Part shown: positions 37,475 through 47,620 of the stretch, one piece after another
How positions within the stretch are numbered: the stretch's first letter is position 1
Layout: each line of letters opens with the position of its first letter
Virus record (IMG/VR): IMGVR_UViG_3300025858_000011
DNA length: 64,000 nucleotides
Source: a virus
Lineage: Duplodnaviria; Heunggongvirae; Uroviricota; Caudoviricetes
Strand: one strand, 5' to 3'
Program-made: the position numbers and the translations under genes
The notes under the pieces: model-generated
Database searches by the model: none
The model's input: only the letters and a program-made list of their open reading frames with translations
Told to the model about the DNA's origin: nothing

Positions 37475-39624
37475 TTTAACTTATACCCCTTTCGTGGTTC
37501 TCCATTAACTCTAATGGATTGCTTTTCTTCTACGTACATCGAAATTAACTTACCAAAGGATGCAACTGATAAATCTTTTCGATACATGTAATTATATAGT
37601 TTACATAGTTCCTCAGTAGTAGCATTGCCACGCTCTTTGATAGCATGTAATATTGCTGCTGCCTGAGCGTAAGTTTCCTGACGCATCGGCTCAGATACAA
37701 GATTTTCCTGTAGATATGTAATGTCCCCGGTCCGTAGTGCTACGAAGAAATCTTCTGACGTAGTAGTTGACATTTCCTGAAGTTTACGTTTTGCCTCATT
37801 ATTAATGGGCTTAGATACATCTGCCGTAGTAACATTTATTGTCTTTAAATATCTAACAAATTCTGGTAGTTCTGATGTTACCATCGATAACCATTCTTCA
37901 TGCCCTGGATACCATGGCATATCATGAAGCTTCTTTTCCTGCCTTGGGCACACATTAAATCTACGGTCACCTTTTGATAATATAATACCATGATGACGAT
38001 TTGTAGCAAAAAGAAAAGTACAAACTTGTTCTTCCTTATCTGCCTCTACGCCTTTTCGTTCAACGATGCCCGATGTCTCAGTGATTGCCTGTTTAATCTT
38101 TTCCATCGCTGAACGATTCCGCTCGGAATCATCCATGTGAACTTCATTTACAAGAACTAATAGATATGACGTAAGAAAAGAATTAAATTGATTCCCAAAT
38201 CTGTCTTGATCCGCATCAGAACAATAACGATGGCCAATGATTGGTGTTAGTATATGATTAAATGTAACTCCTTTCCCCGTTCCCTCTGTACCTTGAAATA
38301 GGAAAGTAGTAATTACCTTCTTACGAAATTGAATAAAGTATGCTAACCACTTTACAAATTGGTTATACATTACCTCATCATCACCAACGATGTGACGAAG
38401 TGTCTTGCCAATCATGTAAGGCATCTCATGTTTTTCTGATGGGATGGGTACCAATGTAATTAACTCTGTCGGAATATATTTATTAACCATTTGTTTTTCA
38501 AAATTTATAACATCATTAGAATCAAATCTAATTCCGTAGTCCATTCTTTGTAAAGTTAATGGTATTGGTATTTTATTCCCTTTACAAAAATTATAAAGGT
38601 TGTCTTTTGTAGCAAGATGCCGGAATACAGGTTCCTTGGTCTCGAGATCATACTCCAGTCCGTAGGTATTTCCAGTTCGTTTATCCTCAAAAACGTATTC
38701 ACGTTTCTCTAATATCATGTACTCATACCAGTCATCAGGATGAAGTTGATATACACCAGACCCAGCTTTTCCCAGGTCTCTGCTTGCACATGAACTACAA
38801 TAGACATGGGGCATCGCATTTCTGGCGATAAACATCGTAGCATTATGAGTGGCATTGCTTCGGTACGGGGCATCTCCGCACTTCGGACAGAATATTCTAT
38901 CTCCAGGCTTAGCGTCCCGCATTTTCATCGGCATTCCAGCTTCATCCCTGGCATTTTCATCCAGGCGGTACGAGATTTGTTCAATCTCGTAGGATGTGTA
39001 ATGTGGTTTAGCTTTTGCTTCAGCCTGAAGAATTGGGGCCTGATCCTTTCCGTACCCAGGAATATCTTTATAATTAAGAAATCCTCGATCCGTAGTTATA
39101 GAATCGATGCCTGAATCTGCTCTGCCATGTGCAAAGTATCGATTTCTATCCATGAAGGAGCCATCGATGGCCTTTCCAAAATTCTGAACAAAGATTTGTT
39201 TTATAATCTTACGATCGTCTTCATTCTGAATTGGCGTAGATAAAGGTATCAATACTCTAAGTTTTTCTACTACGGGCTTTGGTTGTCCAGATTTATCGTA
39301 TGTAGCTTTCATATGATTCTGGGATGTGAAAATATAAGAATTAAATGCAAACGCATCCTGAATCTGTAATAGTCTTTGACTTGTCATGATGCCATTATCA
39401 AAATCAAGCATCAGACAATGAAAGCAAAACCAGGATGTATTAACTTTATGACCATCCAGAAATTCTGAACAAGATACTCCATTAGTAGTAACTAATGTAC
39501 GAATATCCTCCCATGCCCATGGTACTTCGATGATTTTCCACCCAGATGATACCCGGGAGTTATTATACTCTTTATCCTTAGTGTAATCATAACGATCACA
39601 AATTGATATCTTAATATTAGTCAT
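37462..39624 (-). CDS. DNA primase-helicase (D5/P4-alpha-like: prim-pol N-domain + SF3 helicase)
   Basis: 720 aa; Walker A FQGTEGTGKGV, Walker B LLVLVNEV, zinc motif CPKCGD...CSSC in the central region. Confidence 0.7.
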   Translation of the reverse strand: MTNIKISICDRYDYTKDKEYNNSRVSSGWKIIEVPWAWEDIRTLVTTNGVSCSEFLDGHKVNTSWFCFHCLMLDFDNGIMTSQRLLQIQDAFAFNSYIFTSQNHMKATYDKSGQPKPVVEKLRVLIPLSTPIQNEDDRKIIKQIFVQNFGKAIDGSFMDRNRYFAHGRADSGIDSITTDRGFLNYKDIPGYGKDQAPILQAEAKAKPHYTSYEIEQISYRLDENARDEAGMPMKMRDAKPGDRIFCPKCGDAPYRSNATHNATMFIARNAMPHVYCSSCASRDLGKAGSGVYQLHPDDWYEYMILEKREYVFEDKRTGNTYGLEYDLETKEPVFRHLATKDNLYNFCKGNKIPIPLTLQRMDYGIRFDSNDVINFEKQMVNKYIPTELITLVPIPSEKHEMPYMIGKTLRHIVGDDEVMYNQFVKWLAYFIQFRKKVITTFLFQGTEGTGKGVTFNHILTPIIGHRYCSDADQDRFGNQFNSFLTSYLLVLVNEVHMDDSERNRSAMEKIKQAITETSGIVERKGVEADKEEQVCTFLFATNRHHGIILSKGDRRFNVCPRQEKKLHDMPWYPGHEEWLSMVTSELPEFVRYLKTINVTTADVSKPINNEAKRKLQEMSTTTSEDFFVALRTGDITYLQENLVSEPMRQETYAQAAAILHAIKERGNATTEELCKLYNYMYRKDLSVASFGKLISMYVEEKQSIRVNGEPRKGYKLNWKV

Positions 39625-39910
39625 CTGTCTTTATCTTCCTCTCCTCCCATACTTCATCCATGATTTTTTTCATCGATGAGAACCCCTGATGTATTTCTTT
39701 CTTTTTTGGATGTAGCTCAAAATCTTTATCAGATCCCGGGCTATACTCCACTACGTCGAGGGATTTATATTTTTCCAAAAACAATCGTAGCCCCTCTTCT
39801 ACTCTTGCAGAAAAAGACTCGACGTAGGCTGTTGCTGGTATTTCTTTAACTGCATTTACAAGATCGATGTCGATGACGACATTATATCTTGGCTTTGGAT
39901 TTTTTGACAT
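39617..39910 (-). CDS. hypothetical protein (97 aa)
   Basis: ORF overlapping primase-helicase start. Confidence 0.45.
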   Translation of the reverse strand: MSKNPKPRYNVVIDIDLVNAVKEIPATAYVESFSARVEEGLRLFLEKYKSLDVVEYSPGSDKDFELHPKKKEIHQGFSSMKKIMDEVWEERKIKTDD

Positions 39911-39923
39911 ATTATTTATTGAT

Positions 39924-39950
39924 TAAAAATTAATGTAAAAGAACCGGTTA
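39924..39950 (-). terminator. intrinsic terminator (minus)
   Basis: GGACCGGGTAACCGGTTC + TTTTACATTAATTTTT. Confidence 0.55.
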
Positions 39951-39994
39951 CCCGGTCCTTTCAGGAGAACCAATGAACACTGCGCACGTAGTTC

Positions 39995-40531
39995 TTATAC
40001 CAAATTCTTGGCATTCTCGAATGCGTCCGCGATGTCACATGGAATAATTACAGTGAATTCCCCTTTAATGAGCTGTTCATATATCCTTGAGAGCGACCCA
40101 TCGTTTTCAATCCCCCTTGGCCATGGGCATAATAGAAATTGAGGTTCTTTAACAGTTCCCCAGGCCCAGGCGCAGCTAGCGTAGTATGATCTCCAGGCCC
40201 AGTCTGAGGTCGGATGCACCCCAGAACGAAGAATGGACAGGATCGCCGTGTATATCAGCGGCATCGTCCATGGGGATTCAACGTCCCAACCCAGGGCGTC
40301 TATGATGTCCTGGAGCTTACGAAGATTCTTGCAGGTGATCAAACTTTCTGACACTTCATTAAGCTCCTCGATGGTATACCAGCCGATGCGTATTCTAGCG
40401 ATTAGTACATCGACTGCCTTTCTTTTGTATGCTTCAAATATCTCGTGAGGCATCAGACCTCCTTTCAATAGTACCATGAGTAGCCAAATAGAACCGGTCG
40501 TAGCCTGTAGCCGCACCGATGGCGGTATCAA
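39995..40531 (-). CDS. hypothetical protein (178 aa)
   Basis: ORF. Confidence 0.5.
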   Translation of the reverse strand: MIPPSVRLQATTGSIWLLMVLLKGGLMPHEIFEAYKRKAVDVLIARIRIGWYTIEELNEVSESLITCKNLRKLQDIIDALGWDVESPWTMPLIYTAILSILRSGVHPTSDWAWRSYYASCAWAWGTVKEPQFLLCPWPRGIENDGSLSRIYEQLIKGEFTVIIPCDIADAFENAKNLV

Positions 40532-40916
40532 GCGTACCGGTAACTCGAAGAATCTCTTCTCCGGTCTGATCCCTTATAATCCAGGATCCGTAAGCATCGG
40601 GGCCAAACTTTCTAAGAAGATTCTTGACCACTTTAGACTTTGTAAAGGTCTTTTTTTCTTCTTCTGAAACCTCATCCCGAATCTCCCAGGCTAGGCCCTG
40701 GAGGTTATTGGCGATGTCAGAAACCTTTGCTTGATCAACATCGGTTATGTCCAGACAGGCTCCTGCCAGTGAGTTAAGGTCACGGAGAACTCTGAGTAAT
40801 TCCTCAAGAGCCTCCGTAGGATCTCTCGTGAGCAATGCTAGCTCACTTAAGGTGATGCTATCTGATGGAAACATCCCTTGAGACCAGTCAGCAACGCTGA
40901 TTAAAAGTCTTTTCAT
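40434..40916 (-). CDS. hypothetical protein (160 aa)
   Basis: ORF. Confidence 0.45.
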   Translation of the reverse strand: MKRLLISVADWSQGMFPSDSITLSELALLTRDPTEALEELLRVLRDLNSLAGACLDITDVDQAKVSDIANNLQGLAWEIRDEVSEEEKKTFTKSKVVKNLLRKFGPDAYGSWIIRDQTGEEILRVTGTLDTAIGAATGYDRFYLATHGTIERRSDASRDI

Positions 40917-41143
40917 AGCCTTTTTATCTCTCCTATGTGAGGTCTGACACCGATGAATCCTTCTATTGGTACACCATACAGAACTGCCTCGTCAAGTGTA
41001 CCACGAAAAAGTATAGCGGGACTTAGTATGTTATCAAAGAGAATAACCCAGTCTCTTACTTTGTCTACATAATAAGTGCGTAGTTCCTGGTATTCTGTTG
41101 ATTTTATAAAGCCTTCACTGCCATGAGCTGTCATGGATATCAA
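40913..41143 (-). CDS. hypothetical protein (76 aa)
   Basis: ORF. Confidence 0.4.
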   Translation of the reverse strand: MISMTAHGSEGFIKSTEYQELRTYYVDKVRDWVILFDNILSPAILFRGTLDEAVLYGVPIEGFIGVRPHIGEIKRL

Positions 41144-41164
41144 TGATGATCTCCTTTGTTATAC

Positions 41165-41200
41165 TTCTTATACCAATTCTTAATGTAAGAAAAGGAAGAA
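41165..41200 (-). promoter_or_regulatory. terminator-promoter composite motif copy
   Basis: TTCTTATACCAATTCTTAATGTAAGAAAAGG, ~25 nt upstream (minus) of gene start 41143. Confidence 0.5.
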
Positions 41201-41228
41201 ATCTCCCTTTCTACGTAGGTGCAAGGCC

Positions 41229-41696
41229 CTATTTGTGGGCTCTTGCTTTAGGCGCTTTGGCCGGCTCGATCGGAACATCCTTCAGATCCAGGCCCTCTAC
41301 GATGGCCCGCATTCCTTCATAGATCTGATTCAATTTTGCCGCATCACATGTGTGCACCAGGACTCGTGCCGCCTGAGCACCAAGGGTGAAAATGCCTTCT
41401 GCCTGTTTATCGCTCCTGGGAGTAAATCCCAGATTTTTGCAGGCTGCGATGGCAAACCTTGTAAGCGTCTTCCCATCTTCGTACTGCCGTAAGTCTTCCA
41501 GCCACTTCTCTTGCTGTCGGAGATACTCCAGCATAGTCGCCATAACTGTGTCGGCTTGTTGTTTGTTTCCAACCGACGATGGTAGTGGAAGCTGATACGG
41601 ATGCTTAATTAGCAATTCCCCTCGCATCGGAAACACGTAGGGGGTAAAGTCCATCGGCGATGTTTGCCGGATAGTAAAATCTTTCGGATCGTACAC
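41229..41696 (-). CDS. hypothetical protein (155 aa)
   Basis: ORF. Confidence 0.5.
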   Translation of the reverse strand: MYDPKDFTIRQTSPMDFTPYVFPMRGELLIKHPYQLPLPSSVGNKQQADTVMATMLEYLRQQEKWLEDLRQYEDGKTLTRFAIAACKNLGFTPRSDKQAEGIFTLGAQAARVLVHTCDAAKLNQIYEGMRAIVEGLDLKDVPIEPAKAPKARAHK

Positions 41697-41716
41697 TCGA
41701 CTCCTTGTTTGTTAGG

Positions 41717-41953
41717 TTAACAGCCGAACCCCGTTAAAGGCATCGGGATGTTTTTGAGGTGTAACACCAGGTCTTCCAGGGAACCCTCATAACTCTGGAC
41801 CGAAAAGTCATTCTCGTCGGTTTCGAGAATTGCAAACTTATGTTTCTTGTCCTTCAATTTTTCGAAGAAGAACTGATAGGCGGCAGTGCTACGGAACATC
41901 ACCCCGATGCCAATTATTTCGGTTAGAGACTTAGTGGAATTAATTCCTTTCAT
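41717..41953 (-). CDS. hypothetical protein (78 aa)
   Basis: ORF. Confidence 0.4.
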   Translation of the reverse strand: MKGINSTKSLTEIIGIGVMFRSTAAYQFFFEKLKDKKHKFAILETDENDFSVQSYEGSLEDLVLHLKNIPMPLTGFGC

Positions 41954-41959
41954 TATTCT

Positions 41960-42650
41960 TATACATTTAAGTGTGTGTATAGAATTTACTAAATCTGACG
42001 ATTTCTATACACACAGTCAAATACTTGTTTTTATTGAGTTGACAAGTTTTAACGCTGATTGTAAGCCTTTTTTAAGCATTTTTTATGATTTTTGTAGTCG
42101 CAAATTTTTAGTGAAAAATGGCTTAATTAATTATAATATATATAATTAAGTCTGTAGTAAGGTGTAGTCAGTAACTGACTACACTTAAGTTTATTATATA
42201 TTACATGTTACATTACACATATATGTTTTAAATACTACGGAGCTAATTATATAATAAATATTAAGTTATTAATGTTTTTTGGGTTCATGTAGTCAGAAAA
42301 AGAGGTCAAATTACCAAATTTTCATAAAAAGGTGTGTATAAAGTGTGTATAGAATTACAGATTTTCGGTAATTTCGATGTAATTTGCGACTACAAATTAA
42401 TTAAATATAAAAAAAATAATTACTTAACGCGTAGTACCTTGTAGTCAGTAGCGACTACGGAGCTAAGTATAATAAACAAATAAAGTTAAGGTATAATGAA
42501 AAAAATCGTTATAAACTAAAGTGTGGCATAAATGCCACACTTTTCGCTTATTTTCGTCAGTTTTTGAGGGTGTGGCATAAATGGGACACTATTATTGGAT
42601 GAGAAATGGTGAATTTTCGTTCGTAGATATCTACCCCGAGAGTGTAGCCT
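41960..42650. repeat. AT-rich repeat- and palindrome-dense intergenic region (candidate replication origin / regulatory hub)
   Basis: inverted repeats GTGTGTATAGAA..TTCTATACACAC (41974-42013), GTAGTCGCAAAT/ATTTGCGACTAC (42093/42378), palindromes TAGTCAGTAACTGACTA and GTGTGGCATAAATGCCACAC, direct repeats TACGGAGCTAA(T/G)TATA (42236, 42452); 700 bp without ORFs. Confidence 0.5.
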
Positions 42651-42668
42651 TGACGTGAAACTTGGCTA

Positions 42669-42869
42669 TTATAGCATAGATAGATCACCCGCTAATAACA
42701 CTAAGGGCTCTGTGTTAGTTAGCAGTTTTTGTGTTTGTATCGCAGCTTGGTGCTCGGCTCGTGTTCCGATGTCAACGCCAAAAATAAGTGCTAACATAAC
42801 CAGCACAATAAATAAGATGGTGGTCCAATCTATTTTCATAACTCTCTTACAGAAAAAAGATACAGGCAA
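42669..42869 (-). CDS. small membrane protein (66 aa)
   Basis: single TM. Confidence 0.35.
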   Translation of the reverse strand: MPVSFFCKRVMKIDWTTILFIVLVMLALIFGVDIGTRAEHQAAIQTQKLLTNTEPLVLLAGDLSML

Positions 42870-43089
42870 AAATTCCGTTGATTACGATGCAGGTAAGAAC
42901 TCCTGCTGCTATTATTTTGCCTTTTTTAATTTCGACAAAATTCGGCCGCATCGCAACGCGAATTGCCGCGATGGCGATGTTCATCGCCGATGTACTCATC
43001 GACAATAAAAACCAAATCATTGCTTTTGTGACGAGCATGTTGCCTCCAGTTGTGTTAAATAATATACAAATTAAACATTGATAATGCAA
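42847..43089 (-). CDS. small membrane protein (80 aa)
   Basis: two or three TM helices. Confidence 0.4.
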   Translation of the reverse strand: MHYQCLICILFNTTGGNMLVTKAMIWFLLSMSTSAMNIAIAAIRVAMRPNFVEIKKGKIIAAGVLTCIVINGIFACIFFL

Positions 43090-43288
43090 CTATTTTAACT
43101 GTCCTCGTAAAATAAACTGTTGTTCTTGAAACAGAATCATGTGTCACACTTGTGACATCGGATACAAAGTATGGATTTGTGATTTGAAATACTCACCAGA
43201 TACTTCACATCGATGGTGTAATACATTATCACTAATGTAAATTACACTCATCGATGAGTCGGGGATGATTAATGTGAGATGTTTTTTG

Positions 43289-43816
43289 TTATAGGGATGT
43301 ACGTTGATAGTGCATAGAAAGTAGATCATTGAGATGATCAGCACAACCAAGCTTATCCATGTTTTGTAGGTCTGTATTAAACCTTTTAAGGTGCCCATGT
43401 CTTCCCATTGAGTAGTATAGTTTTTTTGTGACAATCACATGATCCATTAATGTAATATTAAAAATTCCGGCGGCTGAAAAACAAAGTCTTGTAGTTTCGA
43501 TGTCCGCCGAACTTGGATTTGGATCGCCACTTGGATGATTATGAACAAGGATAATTCCTCGTGCACCCGTTAATAAAGCGGTTTGCAACATCGCTACTGG
43601 GTCTAGGTCAAGCCCGTGCCGTGGTCCCTTTGCAAGAACATACTTTGCGATGATGTCCATTTTTCCGTTTAGATATAATGCAATCAGTGTTTCCGTAGCA
43701 AGATTGCGAATATCCCCAACGAGGTCAAGAACATCCTCCAGATATCTAGCATGTTTTCGAGCTCTGGACTTTTTTACAACGTGAAGTTCAATTTCCTCGT
43801 AGCTGTAAGTTTTCAT
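43289..43816 (-). CDS. radC: RadC-like JAB/MPN domain protein
   Basis: ILVHNHPSGDPNPSSADIETTRL JAMM-like motif. Confidence 0.7.
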   Translation of the reverse strand: MKTYSYEEIELHVVKKSRARKHARYLEDVLDLVGDIRNLATETLIALYLNGKMDIIAKYVLAKGPRHGLDLDPVAMLQTALLTGARGIILVHNHPSGDPNPSSADIETTRLCFSAAGIFNITLMDHVIVTKKLYYSMGRHGHLKRFNTDLQNMDKLGCADHLNDLLSMHYQRTSL

Positions 43817-43833
43817 CTAGCCTCCTTTCATAG

Positions 43834-43870
43834 TTCTTATACCTATTCTTAATGTAAAAAAGCGGAGGAT
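43834..43870 (-). promoter_or_regulatory. terminator-promoter composite motif copy
   Basis: TTCTTATACCTATTCTTAATGTAAAAAAGCGGAGG; minus reading gives GGTATAAGAAC-N12-AAGGAGG-ATG (43816). Confidence 0.55.
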
Positions 43871-43877
43871 CCCTCCT

Positions 43878-44099
43878 CTAATAAAGCGGAACTGCATCTA
43901 TGAACTTTTTGGAAGGAGTGGACGGAATGCTGCTTACATAATAATAAATGGGGAAAGTGAGGGTTAGATTTCGTAGACGATCATAGGCTCCGGGATATGC
44001 AGAGCGCATTTCCATCGCTCGTTCCAGTTCATATAAACTTGTCGCCTGACGTTCATTGCATGCTGATGTCTCGGTTTTGTTGAGATTTAAATATTTCAT
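43878..44099 (-). CDS. hypothetical protein (73 aa)
   Basis: ORF. Confidence 0.4.
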   Translation of the reverse strand: MKYLNLNKTETSACNERQATSLYELERAMEMRSAYPGAYDRLRNLTLTFPIYYYVSSIPSTPSKKFIDAVPLY

Positions 44100-44167
44100 G
44101 TATATTCCTAAGTTAAAGAGTAGCGTAGGCTACTCTTCGATTCTGCCGCTGCCGCTGCAAAATGCAA

Positions 44168-44398
44168 TTAGTCTTCCAGGGGGCTCACGACGGTTTTTCC
44201 GCCGAGGACCTTATCGCCGAATTTGTGGCCGAGGAAAAAAGTGCCGATGGCTGCGACGGTTGCGGTTGCACCAGCGATGATCCAGGTGGCCGGATCTTTG
44301 GCCGAAGTCCTTACACGCGTAACCATGTTCGGAGATGTCTGAATGGCATCTGCAACGAACTCTTCAGGAGTTTGTTTGGACATGATAACCTTTCTCAT
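44168..44398 (-). CDS. hypothetical protein (76 aa) with C-terminal TM
   Basis: ORF. Confidence 0.45.
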   Translation of the reverse strand: MRKVIMSKQTPEEFVADAIQTSPNMVTRVRTSAKDPATWIIAGATATVAAIGTFFLGHKFGDKVLGGKTVVSPLED

Positions 44399-44440
44399 TA
44401 AAGATTAAGAACTGTACTATCTATAGAGTTCTTATACCAA

Positions 44441-44728
44441 TTATAATTGGTAAACCCAGTATTTATCATAAATTGGAAAGGACTCCTCTACCTCGACTGA
44501 TACTGTCGGCCAGGCGCTGAATAGACGTATCTTGATAAGGTCAATGGCAGCTTTCACACTAAATACTGAACTAGTACGGCAACGATGCGAATCTTGCCCT
44601 GGCATAGGACTACCCCAATTCCTGCCTAGTTCCTGGCTAAACAACATGAGTCCCGACGGATGTTGATGTAACAATGTGACAGGTATAATCACTGTCACCA
44701 TCTTGCGATCTGTTTTGATTCTGATCAT
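44441..44728 (-). CDS. YDKF-family small protein
   Basis: 95 aa; ends FPIYDKYWVYQL. Confidence 0.5.
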   Translation of the reverse strand: MIRIKTDRKMVTVIIPVTLLHQHPSGLMLFSQELGRNWGSPMPGQDSHRCRTSSVFSVKAAIDLIKIRLFSAWPTVSVEVEESFPIYDKYWVYQL

Positions 44729-44760
44729 AGCTTCTTCTTATAGTAAGAGGGCGTTAGCCC

Positions 44761-44901
44761 TCATCCACACCTCGCCATGAAGTCCTTCAGGGACTCCATT
44801 CTGCGAGGCAGCTTGTGTCGGGTGTGAACCATTTCGATGACTTCGGTACGTTCGGTTTTTCCGAACAAACTGCAAATCCAACTCCAAAGTTTCGTCAACA
44901 T
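44761..44901 (-). CDS. small hypothetical protein (46 aa)
   Basis: AGGAG SD + ATG; preceded on minus strand by a GGTATAAGAAAG promoter-motif copy. Confidence 0.35.
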   Translation of the reverse strand: MLTKLWSWICSLFGKTERTEVIEMVHTRHKLPRRMESLKDFMARCG

Positions 44902-44958
44902 GCTTTTTCTCCTAAAGTTTGGGGTTGCTTTCTATCTTTCTTATACCTATATTTAAGC

Positions 44959-46896
44959 ATGATTACCTTATTTAGAGCTCGTGTATCTAGTGTTGAGGAC
45001 ATAATTGTAGGAGATACTAGGGAAGGAAGAAAACAAATCTACGTAGAACCCATCGGCTACGCTAATAATGCTACTACACAACAAAAGGTGTATCCTCCAA
45101 ATTTTATGCCTAATAGTGTTGCCGGAAGTGGAGTATGGTCTTGGCCTGATGTAGGTCAGGAATGTATCGTTGCCGTAGATGATCAGTATGAAGAAGGATT
45201 TATTATATCATATACTGTATTTCCTGGCATGGATATATTTGGAGATTACATCGAAGCCGAAACTGGAGAAATGGGTGGAGTAGTATTAAAAGTAGGGGGC
45301 TATGAAAGTGCGAAAGTAGCGATGTCTCCTGGAGGAATTATTGACATCGGTTCTAATAGATTTAGTAGAATTAGCATCGATGGAACACAGCGATTCATCG
45401 AGATTCAGTCGATGCCGATGCGCATCGATTTTGCAGGTGGTACTTTTGTTTTTAATTATGGTAAGGAACATATCGATACTGGAATTAAGGAAATTACCAG
45501 TAATGTGATAGAGTTTGCACGAACCTACGAAGAGCCTGGATTCTCTGATTGGGAACAGCTATGTGCTGAAAGAACAATTGAGATTCCTCCTCTTGTGGAC
45601 TATGTAGATAAATGTGTGATACGAGCTGGGTACATTCCGAATTTTAATAAGACAACGGACACTCCCAAGCATGTATTTCAATTAGATACTCGTCAATCTA
45701 TCGGGGATGATCCTAAGTTAAAAGATGTTACAACAGAGTTAAAATTAGGATATCAATATGAATCAGATGTATACGGAAATGGTGTAGTTTATCCTGAAGG
45801 ATCAATTCTGGAATGGAAGGCTAAAAGAAATGTTGCTGATGACATCGGTACAGCCTACATTAGATATGGAAAATTAAAAACTGGTGATTATTCTGGTGAG
45901 GTTTACAGAATCCAGTTACGTGAAAACATCGATCCAGGTACGGGATCATCTACGTTAGGTACAAATGTTGCAGGATACCGTTATTTTGATTCTACAGGAT
46001 TTGGAAAAGGATTTGACTACGTAGATAATCTTAAAGTGGGTGAACAGTATGTATTAAGCGTAGGAACTTTATCTGATAATACTTTATTTAGAGAACAGTA
46101 TTATAATGATATAGATAGTTATAATTATATATTTGGCGGGGATGTAATTTCATCAGAAGTTATACGTAGTGTAAATGTTTATAAAAGTGAAATTCTGGAT
46201 AAACAGTCATATGTAGTATCACATCAGACCCCTGGAAAAGTAAATACATTAGCATTTAGACCTGATGAGGTTTTATTAAAGCATCACGTAGATGACATCG
46301 TGGATGTATCGATGCTATTAGATAACCATGATCTTGCTCTTGCACGTATTGCAAATAAAGAAAAAGAAAGAGAACAAATTTATCTCACAGATCAGGAAAT
46401 TTACATCGAGTATTATACTGATGAAGATTCTGATTTCATTGATATACAGAAGGATGATATAGAATTTGAAAACAGAACCACGTCTAATATCCGTTTACAT
46501 GAAGAAACAATTTCTGCAAAGTCAGGTGGACACCCAGATGTTGATAATTTGGTCATCGATGGTGATAAATTATCTCTTACACATGGAACTAGTGGCATCG
46601 TTATAGAAACTGGAAAGGTTACTATTACAGCTGGAACCAGTTACGTCGAAGTAGCAGATGATAAGATTACTATCAATGCCCTGGGATCCAATGAGCTAAT
46701 ATTAAGTTCTACAGGATTTACATTAAATGGTGTAGCTTTTGCAATGGAAACATTAGTTGCCTGGCTAAACACTTACTCTACGATGCTTGGAATGGGAAAT
46801 CTTGGAGCGCCAGTGCCAATGTTCCCAGTAGCGAAAACTGCTTTCCAGATAGGAAATTTATTAGAGTATCCAGTATTAGGAGCATTTAAATCATGA
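44959..46896 (+). CDS. baseplate central spike protein (gpV/gp5/VgrG-like OB-fold N-domain)
   Basis: AGSGVWSWPDVGQECIVAVDDQYEEGFII resembles the gp5/gpV OB-fold motif; first plus-strand gene; start uncertain (six-frame ORF opens at 44815). Confidence 0.5.
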   Translation: MITLFRARVSSVEDIIVGDTREGRKQIYVEPIGYANNATTQQKVYPPNFMPNSVAGSGVWSWPDVGQECIVAVDDQYEEGFIISYTVFPGMDIFGDYIEAETGEMGGVVLKVGGYESAKVAMSPGGIIDIGSNRFSRISIDGTQRFIEIQSMPMRIDFAGGTFVFNYGKEHIDTGIKEITSNVIEFARTYEEPGFSDWEQLCAERTIEIPPLVDYVDKCVIRAGYIPNFNKTTDTPKHVFQLDTRQSIGDDPKLKDVTTELKLGYQYESDVYGNGVVYPEGSILEWKAKRNVADDIGTAYIRYGKLKTGDYSGEVYRIQLRENIDPGTGSSTLGTNVAGYRYFDSTGFGKGFDYVDNLKVGEQYVLSVGTLSDNTLFREQYYNDIDSYNYIFGGDVISSEVIRSVNVYKSEILDKQSYVVSHQTPGKVNTLAFRPDEVLLKHHVDDIVDVSMLLDNHDLALARIANKEKEREQIYLTDQEIYIEYYTDEDSDFIDIQKDDIEFENRTTSNIRLHEETISAKSGGHPDVDNLVIDGDKLSLTHGTSGIVIETGKVTITAGTSYVEVADDKITINALGSNELILSSTGFTLNGVAFAMETLVAWLNTYSTMLGMGNLGAPVPMFPVAKTAFQIGNLLEYPVLGAFKS

Positions 46897-47573
46897 GTGT
46901 ACAAAAAGAAATATTAACCGCGGCAATTACCGCGGATTTATCGCAGTATGACCTTGTTACTGAAGATGGTCTTTCTATTCCTACGGAATTCAGTTATAAT
47001 GGTCTTATAGTAACTGTGCCAGAAGGATACTATGATGATGTAGCAAAACGTGGTAATATCAGAAGTGTTAATTTAAGGTATGATGTAATAGATGCAGCAA
47101 TTACGCCCGAGGAAGACGCAGGCCAAACACTAGTATTTGATCAGGTGCGAGCTGTAGAGAACCAAAGACTGGCTACAGTATTATCGGATAGAATATTAGG
47201 GCACATCGTTGAATATTTAGAAACAGATGCTGCTGCTAATAATATTGAATTAGCTAGGAAGCAAACACAATCCATCGTTGATGATGTAGTTAAAATAACA
47301 GAGAATATAGAAGACCTTGCAATATTTGCAAATTCTCAATCCGTAAGTTATAATCAGTTATTAACTATATTACAGACTACATTTGCTGCTGTACTAGGTG
47401 GAGCAGCGGCGATTCCATTATTAGCAAATTTACAGGCTACCTACGCAGCTCCTAATATTATTACATCTGCAACTCAGATTCAAGCTGATATGATTGAGTT
47501 GAAGACAAAATTAGAAGAGATAAAAAAGACACTAGATACAATTACTCGAGATAATTCTATAGCTGTAATATAA
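46893..47573 (+). CDS. hypothetical virion-associated protein (226 aa)
   Basis: ORF translationally coupled to spike gene. Confidence 0.5.
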   Translation: MSVQKEILTAAITADLSQYDLVTEDGLSIPTEFSYNGLIVTVPEGYYDDVAKRGNIRSVNLRYDVIDAAITPEEDAGQTLVFDQVRAVENQRLATVLSDRILGHIVEYLETDAAANNIELARKQTQSIVDDVVKITENIEDLAIFANSQSVSYNQLLTILQTTFAAVLGGAAAIPLLANLQATYAAPNIITSATQIQADMIELKTKLEEIKKTLDTITRDNSIAVI

Positions 47574-47592
47574 TTTTAATGTAAAAAGAAAA

Positions 47593-47620
47593 AGCCCTGT
47601 TTCCAGGGCTCTTTCCTCTA
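47593..47620 (+). terminator. intrinsic terminator (plus)
   Basis: AGCCCTGTTTCCAGGGCT + CTTTCCTCT. Confidence 0.5.

Noticed and set aside
43144-43434. ORF 43144..43434 (minus)
   Set aside because: Out-of-frame overlap with the well-supported RadC gene 43289..43816.
44815-44958. 5' extension of the baseplate-spike ORF to 44815
   Set aside because: The extension overlaps a minus-strand small gene (44761..44901) and its promoter motif, and has no SD; the start at 44959 is preferred but remains uncertain.
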